Of a stretch of DNA of 64,000 nt, positions 60,326 through 64,000 are shown piece after piece. The translations under genes and the position numbers were made by a program. The notes beneath the pieces are model-generated. The model ran no database searches. It saw only the letters and a program-made list of their open reading frames with translations, and was not told where the DNA came from. Each line of letters starts with the position of its first letter. The first letter of the stretch is position 1. The DNA is from Acidobacteriaceae bacterium (lineage in GTDB: Bacteria; Acidobacteriota; Terriglobia; Terriglobales; Acidobacteriaceae), in the NCBI GenBank assembly GCA_036500805.1, contig DASYBK010000080.1, positions 1,719 through 65,718 of the forward strand, given 5' to 3'.

Positions 60326-61002
60326 AGAGTCTGCGGATTGCGCGGCAGCTTTTGTGGGCCAATCGCTGGCTGTGGCTCTTGCTGGTGCTATGGCCGTGGG
60401 GCATGGTGGCGATGCTGCTCGTTGGTGGTCTGCAACCTGCGCCGGAAGATTTGGAAGCACTGTTCGAACAGCAATCGATCTATGGGCTGGCGCTGGTGGC
60501 CTTTGTCGGCGGAGCGCTGCTGGGAAACGAGCAGCGGTCGCGGAGGATTGTGCTGGTGCTGTCACGCGCGGTGAGCCGGCGGCAGTATCTGGGCGCGTTA
60601 TGGCTCGCGGCGTTTCTGCCGCTGCTGCTGTATGCGATCGACCTGGCACTGACCGGGGCGGTGCTGGGATCTTCGGCGCTGATGCTCGGGCAGACGCTCA
60701 CGGCGCTGCTGCTGCTGGGCCTGACGGCGGCGTCTCTCGCGGTGCTGGCATCGCTGGCGCTTCCGGGAGTCATCGCCGGAGTGTTGACTCTTGGTGTCCT
60801 CAGTTCACCGTTGCTGCTGCCGCCGGGCTGGCAGACTGCGCAGACGCGGCTGCTGCAGATCCTGCTTGGCGGCCCGGCCACAGAGCACGTGCGGCTGGTC
60901 TTTGGCGCGGGACTCCTGGAGGCGCTGCTGCTTAGCGCGGCGATTCTTGAAGCGGCAGTGCGGATCTTTGAGCGGCGCGATCTGCGATTGAAGAGTGAAT
61001 AG
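60322..61002 (+). CDS. ABC-2 type permease-like membrane protein
   Basis: About six TM segments; EQRSRRIVLVLSRAVSR and FERRDL; GTGA overlap with the ATPase gene. Confidence 0.8.
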   Translation: MKSLRIARQLLWANRWLWLLLVLWPWGMVAMLLVGGLQPAPEDLEALFEQQSIYGLALVAFVGGALLGNEQRSRRIVLVLSRAVSRRQYLGALWLAAFLPLLLYAIDLALTGAVLGSSALMLGQTLTALLLLGLTAASLAVLASLALPGVIAGVLTLGVLSSPLLLPPGWQTAQTRLLQILLGGPATEHVRLVFGAGLLEALLLSAAILEAAVRIFERRDLRLKSE

Positions 61003-61040
61003 AGCAGCTAAAAGGAACTCACTTCGCTTCGACGGAATAT

Positions 61041-61122
61041 GCCTACCCTACGCTTCGCGTAGGATGGGGCACCCGGCTATGAAGTGAGAAACTGCAGGTC
61101 CTTCACTTCGTTCAGGATGACA
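61041..61122. repeat. Two adjacent REP-like elements
   Basis: GCCTACCCTACGC-ttc-GCGTAGGATGGGGCACCCGG hairpin, then AACTGCAGGTCCTTCACTTCGTTCAGGATGACA, which is related to the copies at 38171 and 40211. Confidence 0.65.
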
Positions 61123-61144
61123 CGGCATCGATATGAAAGCGTAC

Positions 61145-62638
61145 TCAATTGCCCTTCTGCATTGCTACTGAGGAAGTGGTCGCCTGAATTGGCGTTGTAG
61201 GGGAGAAGAAGGTGGATGCGCCGCGCTGTGCGAGGTCGAGAGAGCTGCGTGGCACAACCCCGAGCAGAAGTGTCGCCGATGCGGCCAGCAGGATCGCAAA
61301 GCCGAGCGTCAAGGACATGCGCGGCACTGCGAGGACAGGCGAGCCCTCGGCGGGCTTCGAGTAAAGCGCGGTCAGCAGGCGCAGGTAGTAGAAGGCCGCG
61401 ATGCCGCTGTTGATGAGGCCGATGATGGCGAGTCCGAACATGCCCTTTTGCAGAGCGGCGGAGAAGACATAGAACTTTGCAAAAAAGCCGCCGGTAAAGG
61501 GAATGCCGATGAGCGAGAGCAGGAAGAATGCCATCGCACCGGAGAGCACAGGCGAGCGATAGGCGAGGCCGCGATAGTCGGTGATGGACCAGAGGTGGTC
61601 GTCGTAACCGCCGACGTGGCTAATGACGGCGAAGATGCCGACGTTCATCGCGACATAGCAGAGCGCATAGAAGCTGGCGGCCGCAACGCCCTGCGGCGAG
61701 AACGCCGTGAAGGCAACCAGCAGATAACCGGCGTGCGCGATAGAGGAGTAGGCAAGCATGCGTTTGACGCTCTGCTGGCGCAGCGCTGCCAGATTGCCGA
61801 GCGTCATGGATACGGCGGCGAGAATCCAGAAGAGGCTCCACCAGTGCTGCTGGATGGATGGATAGGCGCCATAGAAGATGCGCAGCAGGACGGCGAATGC
61901 GGCGGCCTTGGGCGCGGTGGACATGAGGGCGACGACCGGCGAGGGCGCGCCTTCGTAAACGTCCGGCGTCCACACATGGAAGGGCGCGGCGGAGACCTTG
62001 AAGCCGAGCCCGATGAGGATGAGGGCGATGGCGGTCCAGGCGAGGATGGGAGTGGTCGTATGTGGTAGCGCGGCCGCGATGGCGGCGATGCGCGTTGTGC
62101 CGGTGGCGCCGAAGGTGAGCGCGATGCCATAGAGGAAGAATGCTGTGGCGAAAGAGCCGAGGAGGAAATACTTGATCGCGGCTTCGGAACTCTTGCCGGT
62201 GCGCTTGCGGAAGCCAGCGAGGATGTAGGTGGAGATTGAGGAAATTTCGAGGCCGATGAAGACTAGCAGCAGTTCGACGGCCGAGGTCATGAGCAACATG
62301 CCTACCGTACCGAAGAGAACGAGGGCGAAAAACTCGCCCTGGTCGTGTGTTTCAGGGCGCACGGAGTCGATCGCAGCGAGCAGAGCGACGAGCGCGGTGC
62401 CGCAGATGAGCAGGTGGAAGAAGACGCTGAAGGCGTCGGTCTGGACGACTCCGAAGTAGGCGGTGCCGGGGGCAAGGTGAAGCTGCCAGGCGCTGGCGGC
62501 GAATGCCGCGATCATGGCCAGAACGCTGAACCATCCGATGGATTTGCGGCTTGCCGTGCGCGGCAGCAGGGGATCAACCAGCATGATGAGGACGCCGGCG
62601 AGCGTAAGGATAACTTCGGGAAGGATGCGGGCAAGCAT
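61145..62638 (-). CDS. nuoN: NADH-quinone oxidoreductase subunit N
   Basis: [44 protein letters not shown]. Confidence 0.96.
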   Translation of the reverse strand: MLARILPEVILTLAGVLIMLVDPLLPRTASRKSIGWFSVLAMIAAFAASAWQLHLAPGTAYFGVVQTDAFSVFFHLLICGTALVALLAAIDSVRPETHDQGEFFALVLFGTVGMLLMTSAVELLLVFIGLEISSISTYILAGFRKRTGKSSEAAIKYFLLGSFATAFFLYGIALTFGATGTTRIAAIAAALPHTTTPILAWTAIALILIGLGFKVSAAPFHVWTPDVYEGAPSPVVALMSTAPKAAAFAVLLRIFYGAYPSIQQHWWSLFWILAAVSMTLGNLAALRQQSVKRMLAYSSIAHAGYLLVAFTAFSPQGVAAASFYALCYVAMNVGIFAVISHVGGYDDHLWSITDYRGLAYRSPVLSGAMAFFLLSLIGIPFTGGFFAKFYVFSAALQKGMFGLAIIGLINSGIAAFYYLRLLTALYSKPAEGSPVLAVPRMSLTLGFAILLAASATLLLGVVPRSSLDLAQRGASTFFSPTTPIQATTSSVAMQKGN

Positions 62639-62639
62639 G

Positions 62640-64000
62640 TTATTCGCCCTCCCCGTCGTGCGCATGTCCGGAGACGAGCGCGGCTGCCGGATGCGTGACT
62701 GCCGGAGCATTGCTCAATGCGTGCACGCCGCGATCGATGGCCCGTATCCAGTAGGGAGAGAAGATGCCCATGATGACCATGAGGACAGCCATGGGCCACA
62801 GCGCGAGATGCTCGCGCGCAGCGAGATCGCGCACGGGCGAGCGATGCACCAGCGGAGATTCAGGGCCGTAGAAGACGCGCTGCACCATCCACAGCATGTA
62901 CGCCGCGCTGAGGATGACGCCGACGGTGCCAAGCGCACCCCAGAGATGGCTGGTGGCGAAGCCGCTCGAGAGGGTGAGGAACTCGCCGACGAAGCCATTG
63001 AGGATCGGCAGCCCGATGAGAGCGAGCACGGTGACGAGGAAGAGCGTGGCCAGCCGCGGTGTCCGAGCGGCGAGGCCGCCATAGCGCTCGATCTCGTAGG
63101 TGCCGTAGCGCTCGTACATGACGCCGAACAATACCAGCAACGCGCCGCCGGTGATCGATTCGCTGAGAATATGGAAGACCGCACCGTCCAGGCCGTTGAT
63201 GGCGAAGGTGTAGATGCCGAGGGTGCAGAAGCTGAGGCTCGAGACGGTGCCGAAGGCGAGCAGGCGCTTCAGGTCGTTCTGGACCAGCGCGACCAGCGCG
63301 CCGTAGAGGATGCCGACGACGGCGAGCAGGATCATCCAGTGCGCGACGCGGCGTGACTCGAAGGGGAAGAGGCCGAGGTGGAAGCGGATCAGCGAGTAGA
63401 GGCCGAGCTTGCCGGCAACCACCATCGCCATCGCAGTGGGGGCTTCACAGAAGACATCGCCGAGCCAGCCGTGCAGCGGGAAGACGGGGACTTTGACGGC
63501 AAAAGCAACGAGAAAGGAGAGCGAGATCAGCCACATCGCCGCTGGAGAAAAGAGAGACGGGTTTTGGCTGAGCTGAGTTTTCAACTCGAGATAGTCGAAG
63601 GTGCCGGTGCGCGCGTAGAGCGAGAGGATGCCGACCAGGAAGAGCGCGGAGGGGATGAAGGTGTACAGGAAGAACTTGATCGCGGCGCGGGAGCTGTTGC
63701 GGCTGCCCGGGTCGCGCCCGAACATGGCGATCAGGATGGCCATGGGGACGAGCGAGAGCTCCCAGAAGCCGTAGTAGACCATGAGGTCGAGCGCGAGGAA
63801 GACGCCGAGCATCGCCGTCTGCTGCAGCAGGAAGAGTGAGTAGAACTCCTTGACGCGAGTGTCGATGGCGCGCCAGGAGGCGAGCACGCCGATGGGCGCG
63901 AGAAAGCCGGTGAGCACAACCAGCCACATGGAGAGGCCGTCCACGCCTAGGTGATAGCGGATGGCCGGTGAGACGATCCAGAGGCGGTTGATCTCGAATT
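62640..64000 (-). CDS. nuoM: NADH-quinone oxidoreductase subunit M (5' end outside window)
   Basis: [44 protein letters not shown]. Confidence 0.95.
   Translation of the reverse strand, partial: FEINRLWIVSPAIRYHLGVDGLSMWLVVLTGFLAPIGVLASWRAIDTRVKEFYSLFLLQQTAMLGVFLALDLMVYYGFWELSLVPMAILIAMFGRDPGSRNSSRAAIKFFLYTFIPSALFLVGILSLYARTGTFDYLELKTQLSQNPSLFSPAAMWLISLSFLVAFAVKVPVFPLHGWLGDVFCEAPTAMAMVVAGKLGLYSLIRFHLGLFPFESRRVAHWMILLAVVGILYGALVALVQNDLKRLLAFGTVSSLSFCTLGIYTFAINGLDGAVFHILSESITGGALLVLFGVMYERYGTYEIERYGGLAARTPRLATLFLVTVLALIGLPILNGFVGEFLTLSSGFATSHLWGALGTVGVILSAAYMLWMVQRVFYGPESPLVHRSPVRDLAAREHLALWPMAVLMVIMGIFSPYWIRAIDRGVHALSNAPAVTHPAAALVSGHAHDGEGE

Overview
High-GC bacterial window, probably Acidobacteriota (Acidobacteriaceae-like). 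The taxon is inferred from the intergenic repeat families, the Ig-repeat protein tail, the small conserved proteins and the split atp operon; no search was run. About 2.4-33.5 kb forms one accessory locus. A Wzy-type exopolysaccharide operon (Wzy/O-antigen-ligase-like protein, GT2, Wza-like, Wzc-like) runs on the same strand directly into a free carrier protein, a 2760-aa KS-AT-ACP-aminotransferase-C-A-T hybrid and a C-A(dead)-T-TE protein whose thioesterase has a Cys nucleophile. Flanking it are GT4, GT2, a JmjC oxygenase, a flavin oxidoreductase, an ATP-grasp protein and a 1479-aa secreted glycosidase/Ig-repeat protein with an unusual C-terminal hairpin-lipobox tail. A second dead-A/T didomain lies at 41-43 kb. 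The best candidate for an undescribed system is this PKS/NRPS assembly line coupled to polysaccharide export, which may decorate or anchor a surface glycan. The rest is mostly housekeeping: ribB with a degenerate RibA domain, a mutS-nagZ-anmK-ABC operon, ymdB-like, lysS with a low-GC insert, atpZ/I/B/E, an ABC pair and nuoN/M. REP-like hairpins occur between several convergent genes.
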